Shown: positions 26,144 to 38,843 of the stretch, in pieces
Layout: each line of letters starts with the position of its first letter
Numbering within the stretch: position 1 is the stretch's first letter
Assembly (NCBI GenBank): GCA_965235115.1
Contig: OZ249436.1
Span: 54,376,001 to 54,440,000, forward strand
Direction: 5' to 3'
DNA length: 64,000 nt
From: Laetmonice hystrix
Lineage: Eukaryota
The notes under the pieces: generated by a model
What the model was told of the DNA's origin: nothing
What the model saw: only the letters and a program-made list of their open reading frames with translations
Database searches by the model: none
Program-made: the position numbers and the translations under genes

Positions 26144-26475
26144 ATGCTGTATGTTAGGAATCCAGCGGCCAATGGCCTCAGATCTTTATTAATAATTTCC
26201 CCTCATTTTACATGATCAAACGCCAAAACCCAATCGTTCCCGTCTGTTGTATAATTCATCCGACTGTGTGTTTTGTTTTTTTTCTTTGAGAATGCCCGGA
26301 CTGAGCCACGCAAAGGGACCAAGAGCTTTGGGAAGGGGGGAAGTAAAAACACGACAAACGGCCGTTTGTTTTCCATTTTCTGATGACAATCGAAACACAC
26401 CTTCTCGGTGGACTTTCTCGAGTGTCCATGGTGACGAGACATTCAAGCCATGTTTACAATAGGTTTGGTCTGCGC

Positions 26476-26700
26476 TGTTCACGTTAGCAATGTGTTTGTT
26501 CCACGTTAGCAATGTGTTTGTTCCACGTTAGCAATGTGTTTGTTCCACGTTAGCAATGTGTTTGTTCCACGTTAGCAATGTGTTTGTTCCACGTTAGCAA
26601 TGTGTCTCTTCCACGTTAGCGATGTGTCTGTGTCACGTTAGCAAAGTGTCTGTTCCACCTTAGCAATGTGTCTGTTCCACGTTAGCAATGTCTGCTCCAC
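26476..26700. repeat. Minisatellite, 23-bp unit
   Basis: ttccacgttagcaatgtgtttg repeated about 9-10 times. Confidence 0.95.
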
Positions 26701-27393
26701 AGATCTATGCTTACCTCCTCTCCATTTACGTACACTGAGTGCCTGTCATATTGATTATGATAGCATGTATCATAAGCATAGACAGCTGTGATATTCTCCC
26801 TGATTGAGAAGGAGGTACAAAAAACAAGCAGAAGCGGGAGAAAACACGTCGAACGCCGCCATTCTAGCATGTCAGGAATCGTGGGAACCTATAAGATTTC
26901 ATTATAACCGTCTACGAGTGCACAACTCGAACAAAGCTGGCTACAACTCTGAGGATTTTCAGTCATATAAAAGACCATTAATTTTGGTGACTTATTTTTT
27001 AGTAAAAATAATACCCATCAAACTGGAATAGAAAGGTATATGGAACTATGGGTGATACCCGAAAAGGGCAAGGCTAAAATATTTTTGGTGAAAGGCAACG
27101 TGTTATTTGAAACTCGCGAGACTTTGTCTTTCAGCTTGCTCTAAAATGTGGACATGTTGACCATCCTTCCCTATTGACATATCGTATACGATGCCTTTGG
27201 TCGGAACCCCGGACCTAACAAGAAATGCTTATCTAAAGTCACATTTATTAACTGTGCCCCTGTACTGGTCCAGATGCAGAATTTAGAATGGGGAGGTGAT
27301 CATCCAGGGAGGAACAAGGCCAAACAAGGAAGAACTGGAAGAAGGGGTTAACATGGATTAAGGAAAGAGCCTGAGAAAAAAACAGGTAGTTAA

Positions 27394-27921
27394 AGGGGCA
27401 TATTATGAGGAAACGTTAAAAATCGGTATTTCATAGAACTTTTGCGGTTTTCATAAAGAGATCTTTCATTAAAATTGCTTGGTAAACAAAGACAGACTTA
27501 TCAGTTTCATTTCGCGTGAGAAATCGAAGTTTATTAAGCTCCCTAGCCCGCTTCTCTACCGATTTCGTAAAATATTTTTTGGGTGGCATTCTGATGTCGG
27601 ATGATCGAGTGTAACTTCTGAATTGTTTACAACTAAGTGAAGCACGTGACTAAGCACATGCAGAGAGTGCACACACAGGATGCGACACAGTATGCAATTA
27701 CACGGGTTGATGGGAGGTTGTCCGCCAAATTATGGCGGGAGATGTGCTATCGGGAGAAATCTATAGGTTTGGTCGTTTAGAACCTACTTGTGTTGCATAC
27801 GCAGCGAAAACACGTCGGAGGACAAAATGCTGTGGTAGGATTATTTACTTCGATCCCTAGTACACGGTCATGTTGGATAATTGCCGGAAATCCTCAAAAA
27901 CGTGTTTCATAGTATGCCCCT
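27394..27921 (+). mobile_element. TTAA-flanked MITE (Kolobok-like), copy 1
   Basis: TIR aggggcata(t/c)tatga with TTAA flanks; closely similar reverse-complement copy at 62513-63045. Confidence 0.88.
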
Positions 27922-30617
27922 TTAAACCGGAAGTTGGATGTTCTAGAGCCCCGAACCCACCGATACACATTGTGTGGACCTTGTTACAGTAACTCGTTTC
28001 TCGACAAACTGGGCGCCTTGTGTCTTGGTTCCTCATGTCCGTGTAATTGTCTGTGAATGCAGTTTGGCAGAGATAACAACGATATATCCACACAGTAAAA
28101 ACAAAGTCCAACAGACTGGCACAAGATGAGAGCCAGACGTAATGTAATTTTTTCCGGAGAAGTAACACAAATGCAGTCAATCCAGCAGGCGGTTTCGAAT
28201 TGTCGCATTGTAGTGGCTTCTCGAGCAATAAATTAGTCCCATTCTCAACGGTGTCATTGTCTGAAGCAATGTCATACATGTACATCTAATTAGGCGGTAC
28301 TCTGTTGGTGATACATATAGCAGGATTAATAGTAGCAATACTACAGAATGATAACAGACAATCAACTGAGCCCAATGCAAGCGGTGGTGTTGAGGAATGG
28401 TAGTAATCATGGTCTCAGCCACTCGACACTCTCCGAGTCCTAAATCACTGGTCTCGATGGGAGTGGCAAACAACCAAGGCACTCCAACTCGCCTTCATCC
28501 ACATCCTTGTCAAAATAAGCATCTTCCCCCAGCTGAAATATCTCAAGGTCCTGTTGTCTTCTAAAGCCACCACTAATTACAGGCAATACTTTCACGGGGT
28601 GGGGGAGACCCAATCCGATTCCCCGATTGGATCCCGAGATAGTCACAGTTGGTGGGGACATTGTCACGTTCGAGTCCATTCGGCAATCTTCGACCCGCCC
28701 GTAGATTTAGGACTCTCACAGATTACATATCACTCACGGCCCAAATAGGAACATGCGCGCCACCTCACTCGTTAGCTTACTACACCTGTGACATAAAGTA
28801 GACCTATAGGCCTAGCGAAGAAGGGCATCAGGCAGTGATATTTCTATATTTAAATTTACGTTGAGTGTTGGATTAACCACCGGTTCGGCTAGTGTCACGG
28901 GAAATCCGCCAAATAGCCTCTCAAAAGAAATAGGGCTAGTTCGGCAAGCGGTGTACTCGTTACCCATACGCCCCCGCGGCTTCCCAGCAAATGGGCGCGA
29001 TCGTGGGGGTGTTGGTGGGGTGCCAAACTAAATTTGATGGTCCCGAGTCTCCTTTCCCCAGTTGAAGATTTATGGATTCCTGTCTAAAAACTCCCAGGAA
29101 AACGATACGTATAGAGGAACCTAGGTGTTAGAAACCAACACACGCAAGGATCAATCTTAAAACAGCGTATTACACTCAATCTATTCTGTACTGCCAACAA
29201 CAGGCCGTAGGAAATCATTGTGTATGTATCCTTTCATGTTGCCACTCTCTGTCACGTGTTAGATTCGAAACTAGAATTAATAGCCACCTCACAATGATTC
29301 TCTTTACGACAACACAAAACGTTTCGAGGCGTAAACTGGCCTGTGCTTCATCAGGATACCACCAAAATAGATTTTCACGATATTCAATCTATCTGTACAT
29401 AATATTGCCACGGACGTCCCTTTCGGTAGAACGAGCAGGGACATCTAAATTCAATTGCACATGGACGATCATGAGCTTTGCACTTTGTAACGGCCCACCT
29501 TTTTTCTGCAGAAAGTATAGACCATAGCAGAATCGAATTGAAAAACATCTCAAAGATGAACGATATAAATTTGAATAAGAACAGAACACGTGATAGAAAA
29601 AGCGGGCATTCCAGCTTTTAGGGGGACTTGATCGACCATCCCTGGGAGTCATTTAATGGTAATCACGCTTTTTCAATTTCGGAAGCTATTTCTGTTCGTT
29701 TTTCTTTCTTTCTTTTTATGTATTTCTGGTGGATATTGGAACTACCAGGGGATGATTTGCAAAGCACCTGGATTCATGCGCCAATTGTGGATGCTCATAA
29801 CAAACGCGCACTAAATGATGCATGTGTACTTGTAAAGCATCTATCCCCGTCAGAGATAGCCTTACCCCCCCCCCCTTCACAAAACGAAAACTACGCCCTT
29901 GTCCACCCGCCATCTTCACGTAAGAGAAGTGAAGTGGGTCCTAGAATAGGGAGAATATTACTGTAGAAATCGTTCAGTAATGCCATAAAACTTCGGTTGT
30001 TTCCAAGATTCAGACGGGAGGGTGAATTATGGAAGGATTTCAGATATTTGTCGATTTGGTGTTGATTAGTGGGACTTCGAAGTCAATGGAAGGAGCGCCC
30101 CAGGACAACATATCGACTTTTAGATTAAAGCAGCTGAAATTAATCCACAAAAGCATACTCTAACCCGTAACCACTGCTTTAAGAACTTCTGTCTGGTCGC
30201 CGCACTAGCACACGGTTATAAGCGCGTGATTGGTTGAAACCGGAACAGCTAAATATAGCTTTTGACCCTCCGTTGGTTATGCCAGTGCAACAGAGTTTAT
30301 TTTATACATACTTTAGAGTTATTTTATAGTTTTCGTGTCTCATAGCTTTAGATGTATGCTTCCCATGCACTACTACCTCATATGTTTACTACAATATTTA
30401 TCCAGCTTCTTAGCATTATATCAATAACAATGGTTTAGTAACTGCCTTTGTATGTAAAGTACATACTGGCACTCCTTGTTTCTGCTACTTCTACAGTATT
30501 TTATTTTTATTTGCATAACTTTTAGCCACTTTGAAAGGACTCGGAAATGTCCGATCTTCCGTCCCTTCTACATATTTTGCCTGTGTGTCTCTAAACATAT
30601 TATAGTGCGTTACTCAC

Positions 30618-30706
30618 GGTATCATGGATATATTAACTCCACTGCAGACTAGTGGCCACAACGTAAAGACCAAGACAAGTCTGACGGTGACAGGATGTGA
30701 CGCCAT
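30618..30706 (-). CDS. nAChR alpha-type subunit, coding exon 1 (signal peptide)
   Basis: ATG in strong context (CCAACATGG) encodes MASHPVTVRLVLVFTLWPLVCSG-VNISMI, a signal-peptide-like sequence. Ends CC|gtgagt (phase 2) and joins exon 2 (ag|G GAT GAC) in frame as ...MIPDDLTEF. An acceptor (tttgtctttag) at 31012-31013 suggests the full exon is 30618-31011 with a 5'UTR. Confidence 0.8.
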
Positions 30707-33613
30707 GTTGGATGCGCGCGCACCTGGTCCCTCGCACAGACTGTGGCTGTGGTCGCCGCCATATATAGTAAGTAGGTTACGTATATCCGGAAGCTGGGAT
30801 GGGCATGGGGGTCAGAGGTCAGCCTCAGGACGTGCATGCCTCCCACATGTCAACATCAACTCCATCATCATCATCATCACAGTCATCCTCTTCATCATCA
30901 CCGGCAGCAGTGCCTTTGCCGCTTGATGTTCACAGTCCCGGTAGAGGGCGGTACACGACGACAAGGTCGGACACTGCAGCTCATCTTGATGACCAATCCA
31001 CCATCCTGGGTCTAAAGACAAAAAAGCACAAAAATCAATGGCAGGGTAAAATATAAGGAGACCTATCATAATTGTTACATCAATGGACACGTGCCCAGAT
31101 TTCCTGACGTCACAGTACGGACGTGGTCAGCCAAGCGTAACCCCGGCAGGAACATAACCTTTGGCAAGCTGCGCATGCTCATCCTCTGGAGACTACGACC
31201 CTGCCGGTTAGGGGTTGTGGGAAGTCAAACCGACTTCCAACAATGCACCGGTGCCATCGTATCCACATACGCTGGCGAAATGGTGAACCCAAGAGATAGA
31301 AATGCAGTGAAGAGGTAAAAAATAGTCCAGCAAAGTAGTTTGCATTAATTTTGAACTGTTTCAACTCACGTTAGATACATTTAAATCTTTAAGAACAATG
31401 GCATGAAGTGATAAACAACCTCTGGTAATGTAAGTAATGTTTGATTATAATGATTTTATGAGTAGTAGTTAACTGCTCGCAGGTGTCCATCTTGACACTA
31501 GTCCCGGGCTATCCCACAATACACAACTAGAAGAGGTTGGTGCCACCAAAAGCGGCCTCTGGAAGCCGTTCCAAATATAATGGAGCGGCGACTGAACATT
31601 ATTCCTTTATTCACTGTTAGTATGGAGGGGAGATATAATCACATCATTGCTATATGAAATCGTGCAACCCAACCCACCCCCACCGGACCGAAGGTGTTTT
31701 TGCCAATCAATGCCAGGCGAAGGTCCTGTCAGACTCAGCGTATTCCGGAAATCCCCTATTTGACGTTCAATAAATTATGTAGGATTTATTTGATACGGCA
31801 CAGGGATATGCTAACTCATTCCACTCATGTTTGAAACTAAATTCTTGTTTTGTCACGGAGCAGAGTATGTAATCGTTGAATAATGGAGAGCAGGAGGTCG
31901 TTATGGTGCAGTCAATAACTCTATTTAAAGGAGCCAGCATCCATTTAAATGTTAAATATTATAGAACCCCACGAATCCTCCATTCCCTTTTTGCCTCATC
32001 TTTCCATCACTAGAAAACGAAGTCGATGCTCTCAATACGCACGCCCCAAACGTCTAAAGTAACTAATGATTCGTCCAGACCTGTGTGCCGGTTGGCTTTG
32101 GCGTTTTAACCGTGAGACAGCCATTAATTAGTGCACTAATGAGGACTTCATGACTGCCATCCATTCACTCCAGACAAAGAACGGATGGTTGTAATTGTTT
32201 TACAGGCTTCAGTTGACTCGGGTGATTTAGTGGCGGAACGTTTCTTCGTCTTCCTTAAATTCCCAAGCGACACAAACTTGCGGTTAAATAGGGTCGCCGT
32301 GACTTAATCGCCCGGTTCGCATGTGTTGAGAAAGGCAGAGGTTGACTGGGAAAGGGTTAGGGCGGAGACCGACATATCGGACAGATATAGAACGCCGGTG
32401 GTGGATAGTTCCTCTACGGCACGTCGTCCTAAGACTAAAAATCGGTAACAAAAAGGGACATCCAGACAGTTGAGGGGGAGGAGTCGGCATTTTGCTAATT
32501 ATTCCACTTTCACCCGCATAATTTAGTAACCAGTCCCCTGGGACTTACTTAGACTAATCAACCCCGTCTAGCCTTTCCCCTTTTTGTTTTGGCTTTTGTT
32601 AGCCAGACTGGGGTTGACCTTTTCACGTTGAAGCCAAGATGATACGAGTAGTGGCATGCTGACACTTTTATTTTCTGGCAACTTATACTTATATTTATCC
32701 GTTTTGACTCACTGATTTCGGTTGTTCTTAAAACAAGATAAGATCTACAGCCTGTTGAATTTCAGTACCTCTAATAAACATTGGCGACATCCACAACTTC
32801 CGCTACCGGAGGTAGTACCATGACAACGGTGACTGAGGATCTTTAAGGTACACAAAATGGCGCAAGACTTAGATTTGTAGTAGACTGTGTTGCAGTCAAA
32901 CCACCGTAAAGAGTAGGGGATAGTGTAGGAAAGTCTCTCAGACACTCGGAGGGTCTGTAGTCTTTCAAATCGTGCAAATAATAATGTTCAATAAAATGTT
33001 CATGTTTCATAGTAATTATTGCGTAAACAATAGCCTTTCTTATCACAAAGAAAATGTGGAGATGAACTGAGTGGGTGATCTGATGTTTTATAGAAAAAAA
33101 ACTAGTAGAGCACATCATGAACAAGATTGAAAGTGGACCTTTTCACTAAAGAACTCATTTTCAAAACTCCATTACGCATTTCTTCTGCCGCTTCCGCCAA
33201 ACAATGTTGCCTGAAATTATTATTATGTGCATCAAGGTGACTTTCCCAACCCGTTTATAATTCAAAAACTCCGGTATTCTCATTTCAAGAAGAAATTGGT
33301 GATGGCATTCCACTTCCAGGGATTCTGTGCCCCATTTCCTCCAGGAATCGAGGGTGGAGGGGGTCGGGTGGAGAAAGCATGGTCCGGGCTAGAAATGACC
33401 CCATGCAGTTTACATTAGTCAACGCCTAGCCATTAGCGCCCAGATCTTGCAGCAGCTATTAGGTGACCTTTTGACCTCCCAGTCACATGACGATATGACC
33501 TTTTTTGGACACCCTCGGATATGGCACTTAATGCGCAGAATCGGCTGGCATCATGCAGATCGAGCCCGACAGCGCCTGGACGATATATAACCGGCTTAAA
33601 ATCATTCAACTAA

Positions 33614-34078
33614 GGCCTGGCTTAATTAATATTTCGGTTTACGCGCATTTTTGGACAGAGAATAAAGTCGGTACAGAGGGGGGGGGAAAGGGCAATTGAC
33701 TTTTTTTTTAATCAACGTCTTATTTACATTGACAATTTAAGGTCGATATGTAAAAAAAAATGTATGTATAGGAAGAGTTTCTTGAAATAGAACAAGCAAA
33801 TCAAGTTATTTGCAAAAATATGTTTAATATGAATTTACACAAATTCTGTTTGTGACATTGTCCCACAGACCATGTATAGCTCTTTTATAGTCAAGCAATT
33901 TCAGCATATAAATATGATATTAAAAAGCCCCCGCAACAGAATATTAAAATTATCCCAGCAACGGGCACTGTCGGCGGGGACAAAACAACTAAAACCACAG
34001 AAAAAAAATCTTTTTTTCTAAATTTCGGAAATCTATGGTCGGCGTGCGCGTAAACCGAACTATTAAAAAAGTCTGGCC
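33614..34078. mobile_element. TAA-flanked MITE (PIF/Harbinger-like)
   Basis: ggcctggctt...ttcggtttacgcgc / gcgcgtaaaccgaa...aagtctggcc; TAA on both sides. Confidence 0.75.
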
Positions 34079-34140
34079 TAAGAGGAACTGTACCGTATCT
34101 AATAGCTGCTAGTTGTTGGTGGAGTCCTCTCTAAAAGCTA

Positions 34141-34400
34141 TAGCTGTGAGGTAGGCCATTGTTTAGTAGGGTAGTGAGGAGTCCTGTACGGTAGATGTCT
34201 GTGAGGTAGGTCGTTGTTTGCTAGGGTAGTGAGGAGTCCTGTATGGTGTCTGTGAGGTAGGTCGTTGTTTACTATGGTAGTGAGGAGTCCTGTATGGTGT
34301 ATGTAAGTTAGGTCGTTGTTTGCTAGGGCAGTGAGGAGTCGGTAGATGTCTGTGAGGTAGGTCGTTGTTTGGTAGGGTAGTGAGGAGTCCTGTATGGTAG
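34141..34400. repeat. Tandem repeat, ~55-60 bp unit
   Basis: gtgaggtaggtcgttgtttgctagggtagtgaggagtcctgtatgg repeated about 5 times. Confidence 0.9.
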
Positions 34401-34541
34401 GTTGTTTGTCTGCGTGATTGGCTGGAACTGTGGACGAGGCCGTTTTTGGCTGGACTTGTGGTTTTCTTAGACCGTTATTGTCTAAGGTTCCCCCTTGCCA
34501 ACTAGCGATTAGATATACAACTCCCACTCGGTGTGTTTAGT

Positions 34542-35296
34542 GACCGTTGGATGGACCGGGCCGGGAACCGCGGTGTGGTTGGTGGCAGTTGGATGGACCG
34601 AAGCGGGAACCGCGGTGTGGTTGGTGGCAGTTGGATGGACGGATACGCGGTGTGGTTGGTGGTCGTTGGATGGACCGGGCCGGGAACCGCGGTGTGGTTG
34701 GTGGCAGTTGGATGGACCGGGCCGGGAACCGCGGTGTGGTTGGTGGCAGTTGGATGGACCGGGCCGGGAACCGCGGTGTGGTTGGTGGCAGTTGGATGGA
34801 CCGGGCTGGGATACGCGTTGTGGTTGGTGGCCGTTGGATGGACGGATACGCGGTGTGGTTGGTGGTCATTGGATGGACCGGAGCGGGATACGCGGAGTGG
34901 TTGGTGGCCGTTGGATGGACGGATACGCGGTGTGGTTGGTGGCCGTTGGATGGACGGATACGCGGTGTGGTTGGTGGCCGTTGGATGGACGGATACGCGG
35001 TGTGGTTGGTGGCCGTTGGATGGACCGGGCCGGGAACCGCGGTGTGGTTGGTGGCAGTTGGATATGGACCGGAGCGGGATACGCGGTGTGGTTGGTGGCC
35101 GTTGAATGGACGGATACGCGGTGTGGTTGGTGGTCGTTGGATGGACCGGGCCGGGAACCGCAGTGTGGTTGGTGGCCGTTGGATGGACCGGAGCGGGATA
35201 CGCGGTGTGGTTGGTGGTCGTTGGATGGACCGGGCCGGGAACCGCGGTGTGGTTGGTGGCCGTTGGATGGACCGGCAGTGTGGTTGGTGGCCGTTG
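34542..35296. repeat. G-rich minisatellite with long and short unit variants
   Basis: cgcggtgtggttggtgg(c/t)(a/c)gttggatggac followed by cgggccgggaac, cggagcgggata or ggata. Confidence 0.95.
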
Positions 35297-36656
35297 TCGT
35301 TGGGTGGCTGACAAACGACGAGGTCTCCACCAATAGAGGAGCAATCGATCTAGAATGGTTCCTACGAGAGATCATCTAATAAAGGATGGAGAGTTTAAAC
35401 GACTGTTATATAACGGGCAACTTGACTAAAGATTAATCAATACCACGGCCAGCACCGGGCGGGTTGACCGATCGTAGTTCAAGACCTTTATCGTATCGAC
35501 GCGTGTCCAAACTACTCCATCTCTATTCTATTTGGAGTCCATCTTACACTTTCTCAGCGGTCCACTCCACTATCACCCATAGGAAATATTGACAGATTTC
35601 TTTGACCTTTTAGGTCATGAAGTATGAAGGTTGACGCGGACTGGTGAGATAGCATGCGCAGCATAGATAAAGAAGCTATGCGATAGGTTCGTTTGACCGG
35701 AAGTCGGATATGACTATATCAGAAGGTCCCGTGACCATAAAATAACGACAACGCGTCAAGAGGGGAGGCCGAAGGCGCTAGACACGTGCGACACGGCGTC
35801 CAAAAATCGACCAAATGTCATGTGAAAAGGGAAGGGGTGCCTCCAGATAAAAAAAACGCTCGATTAAGCCAAGTAGATAGTATTGCGCGCTTGGGGATGA
35901 ACGCCTACTTTATGGGTTGAACAGTGGTTGGTGAGAAAGGCAGTGCTCTCAGCAGGCGGTCGAGACTCGCTATGAATAAGACAGGTGTATCGACGATTGG
36001 CTGCAGGAAAGGCCGCTTCGTGCATTTTCTTCTCATCCCAGAGGAAAGTTTGGTCCCAACAGTTTATGTCAGGGAGCAGTTATTTCAGTGCTGCCACCCC
36101 GCGGTAGCAGCACCCGGGGGCTTTTGTTAGGCCGGAGAATGGATCTGCTCGGAGGCCAAGATGTCACCATGGGCCCTTCTTATATTTATTTCATAACGGT
36201 AATTTATCATTACGGCACAGGCTGGCGCTCTATGTGTGGCAATGTGCTTCACAATTGGGAGTTACATCGCGGCCGGGGAGTATTTGAGTGCCCCAGTATA
36301 CCTCAGTAATCTCGCCATGCTCCTGTGTCATCTGCCCTTGCAAAGACAAGATAAGAGTTTTATTGTATCATCATGAATTGTCAACGTCGTTGTGGAGCTA
36401 CTTTACGCGGAGGAAGGAATAACTTGCCTTCATGCTGGTAGCAGAATTGGTAACGATTCGCGGATCTTGACGTGAGTAAATCACGCATTACTGTTCAGCT
36501 GGATTTGTAGGGAAGTGGAGTGTCGTGCTACTTAGCAAGACAACCGGTGTCACATAAAGTACCCGTGCTACAGGGGGTACTTATCATACATCACACCGGT
36601 TATATGGCGAACTATCTTTACATGGACAAACTTGCTCCATTAGGCCTACTACCGGT

Positions 36657-36868
36657 TTCTGAGATAGTATACAGTGGACCCATTCTGTCCCAGGCCCACA
36701 CGGGTCCCTCACACAGCGTGTCTGGGATACAATGGACCCATTTTGTCTAGGTTCGATGCGGGTCCCTCGCACAACATGTCTGAGATACAGTGGACCCATT
36801 TTGTCTCGGGTCCATATGGGTCACTCTCACAACGTGTCAGCGATAGAGTGGACCCATTCTCTCCCCGG
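36657..36868. repeat. Degenerate tandem repeat, ~58-bp unit
   Basis: gatacagtggacccatt...gggtccctc repeated about 3.5 times. Confidence 0.8.
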
Positions 36869-37438
36869 GACAGAGTAGTCCTATAGTTCTAGAGCTCGTC
36901 ATTGAAAGAAGAACACTGTAATTAGACGTAGCTGTTGTGATGTTCAAGTGGCGAGAATAAGGTGAAACACACAGAGCGATACACGGGTCGCTATCTCATT
37001 ATGCTCATTAACCGGCAATTCCCATATCTTCTCGTCACAGACATGCAAAACATGATCTTTCCACAGGATAACGCAGGATTTTCAAAGGTGTGCAATATAC
37101 AACAGGATAGATGACATGTTCAGACACTCAGAGCATCTCAGTGACAAATGAGGCCTACGAGTTAGCGGAAGTAGAATCCAATAAGGCGTGGTATCTAAAG
37201 GTTCCCCTCTTCATTGTGGTCCGTTTCCGGAACCCCGGTATACGCGGTACCTTACCAACAGTCTTAGCTCAGGATAAGCTTTCCACATTGCGTGCTAACA
37301 GGATTCAATCATCATATGATTTTCCTGTTTGTGATCTATCCAAGTATTGAACTGAGGTGACGTTGCTGATGACAGCCCCCTCTGGTGGGCTTCCTAGACA
37401 CCATAGTGATTCTGGCACCCAAATGATCGCCCCATGCT

Positions 37439-37626
37439 GGTTATTCCCCCATGGCAACTTCTACACAAACATTTTGGTAGTGGTTTGGGTTAAGGTCAGG
37501 GGTTTGGGGGAGGTGTAGGGACCGGGGTTAGGGGTTAGGGGTTAGGGGTTAGGGATAAGGTCGGGGTTAGAGATCTTTACTTCTGAGCAAATGCCGTGGG
37601 GTTTAAGTTACCACGGGGGATATACC
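37439..37626. mobile_element. Small IR element with telomere-like (GGGGTTA)n core
   Basis: 22-bp imperfect IR ggttattcccccatggcaactt / aagttaccacgggggatatacc enclosing ggggtta repeats. Confidence 0.6.
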
Positions 37627-38725
37627 CCCGATGCTACATTACGATTCTCTCGGTACTGCCGTGTTCTGGCCCTTCGATTGACGTTAGCCTTCAAAACAGA
37701 GCTTAGAGTTGTGTTGTGGCCGTGTTGGCGTGCCATAGACAACAAACAATTTGAACACTACAAGGTTATGTGCACGCCACCATGCCGCCTCCCCCAACGT
37801 TTACCAGATAGTTTGGCCCCCTCCCAAGAGGGTTGAATGAATATTATACTACAATAATGGACGTGCATAGTGGAGATACAGTCCTTCAATCTACCGTTAA
37901 TAAAATAATACAGAATAGGCTTACGTTCTGTATGTCACATTTCTAAAATAATTATGGCTTACGAACAATATTCTTTCTTTACCCCCCAAAAAATATTAAA
38001 AACCAATCAACATGTTTCAGCGTCATCAAAGGTACAAACAACATAAACACGACACAAAATATAGCACAGTTAGTGGCTGGCGACGGGCATCAGTAGTATT
38101 TGGAATATGTCGATTTTTGCAGGCTGCTTACGGCTGCTTAATTCCGTCAGACGGACTTGTAATGACGTCATATCGGCCTCCCGACAGTCCGGCATGACGC
38201 AGGTAACGACTACTTTGGATCATGTACATAAACACTTGGCCTAGCTGTTGCCTGACCAATGTATGAGGTCTTTCTCTCTCTGGTCATCTTACATGCTAAC
38301 AACCATTATAAAGCCTGCCGTACCTGTGCCTTTCTTCTGTTACGACCATGTATAGCCAAAACCTAGCTCATCTCTCCCCTGGAGATTATCTCATACCGAG
38401 TTTTCTCCCTTGCGTGTCGGATTTCCGATGACTTCTTTCTATTGTCGGTGCACCAAGCGGGGTAAAATAATCGCGCGCACGAAAGATTCAGTTACGAATT
38501 CAATCCCCGCTTGAGGCGGGGGGGGGGGGGTTGTGGACTTGTTCTGTTGGTTCTGGACATGCTGACGACAATGGACACATACATATAGAACATGTTTTCT
38601 TCAGACTGTCTGTTTTTCTCGATCGTGTACATACGGTCATTCTATAATACCTCTCGTCTTGCACGGAGAGCTGCCGTCGTCTGCTGTGGCCCTGCATATC
38701 TACCAACGCGCACATTGTCATATAA

Positions 38726-38843
38726 AAGCCTAGATAAACAGACTGATTTTGAGATACGGCCGATTTTTTTCCATAGTTTTCCTATGAAAAAAAATCGGCC
38801 GTGTCTCAAAATCAGGCGTAAATCGGTATGTGTATCTAGACCT
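38726..38843. mobile_element. Hairpin MITE with TAA flanks (PIF/Harbinger-like)
   Basis: Near-palindromic 118 bp (ctgattttgagatacggccgattttttt / aaaaaaatcggccgtgtctcaaaatcag); TAA on both sides. Confidence 0.7.

Noticed and set aside
28440..28679. ISGSNRGIGLGL resembling the SDR Rossmann GxxxGIG motif
   Set aside because: No downstream SDR motifs (NNAG, YxxxK) or supporting exon structure seen; could be chance, and a BLAST search would settle it.
34141..34400. tgaggtag resembling the let-7 5' end
   Set aside because: Part of a tandem repeat; the rest of let-7 and a precursor hairpin are absent.
34502..35379. Long ORFs (up to 282 aa) in several frames
   Set aside because: Stop-poor minisatellite open on both strands.
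37483..37570. Interstitial telomere
   Set aside because: Only a few degenerate GGGGTTA units enclosed by an inverted-repeat pair, better explained as the core of a small element.
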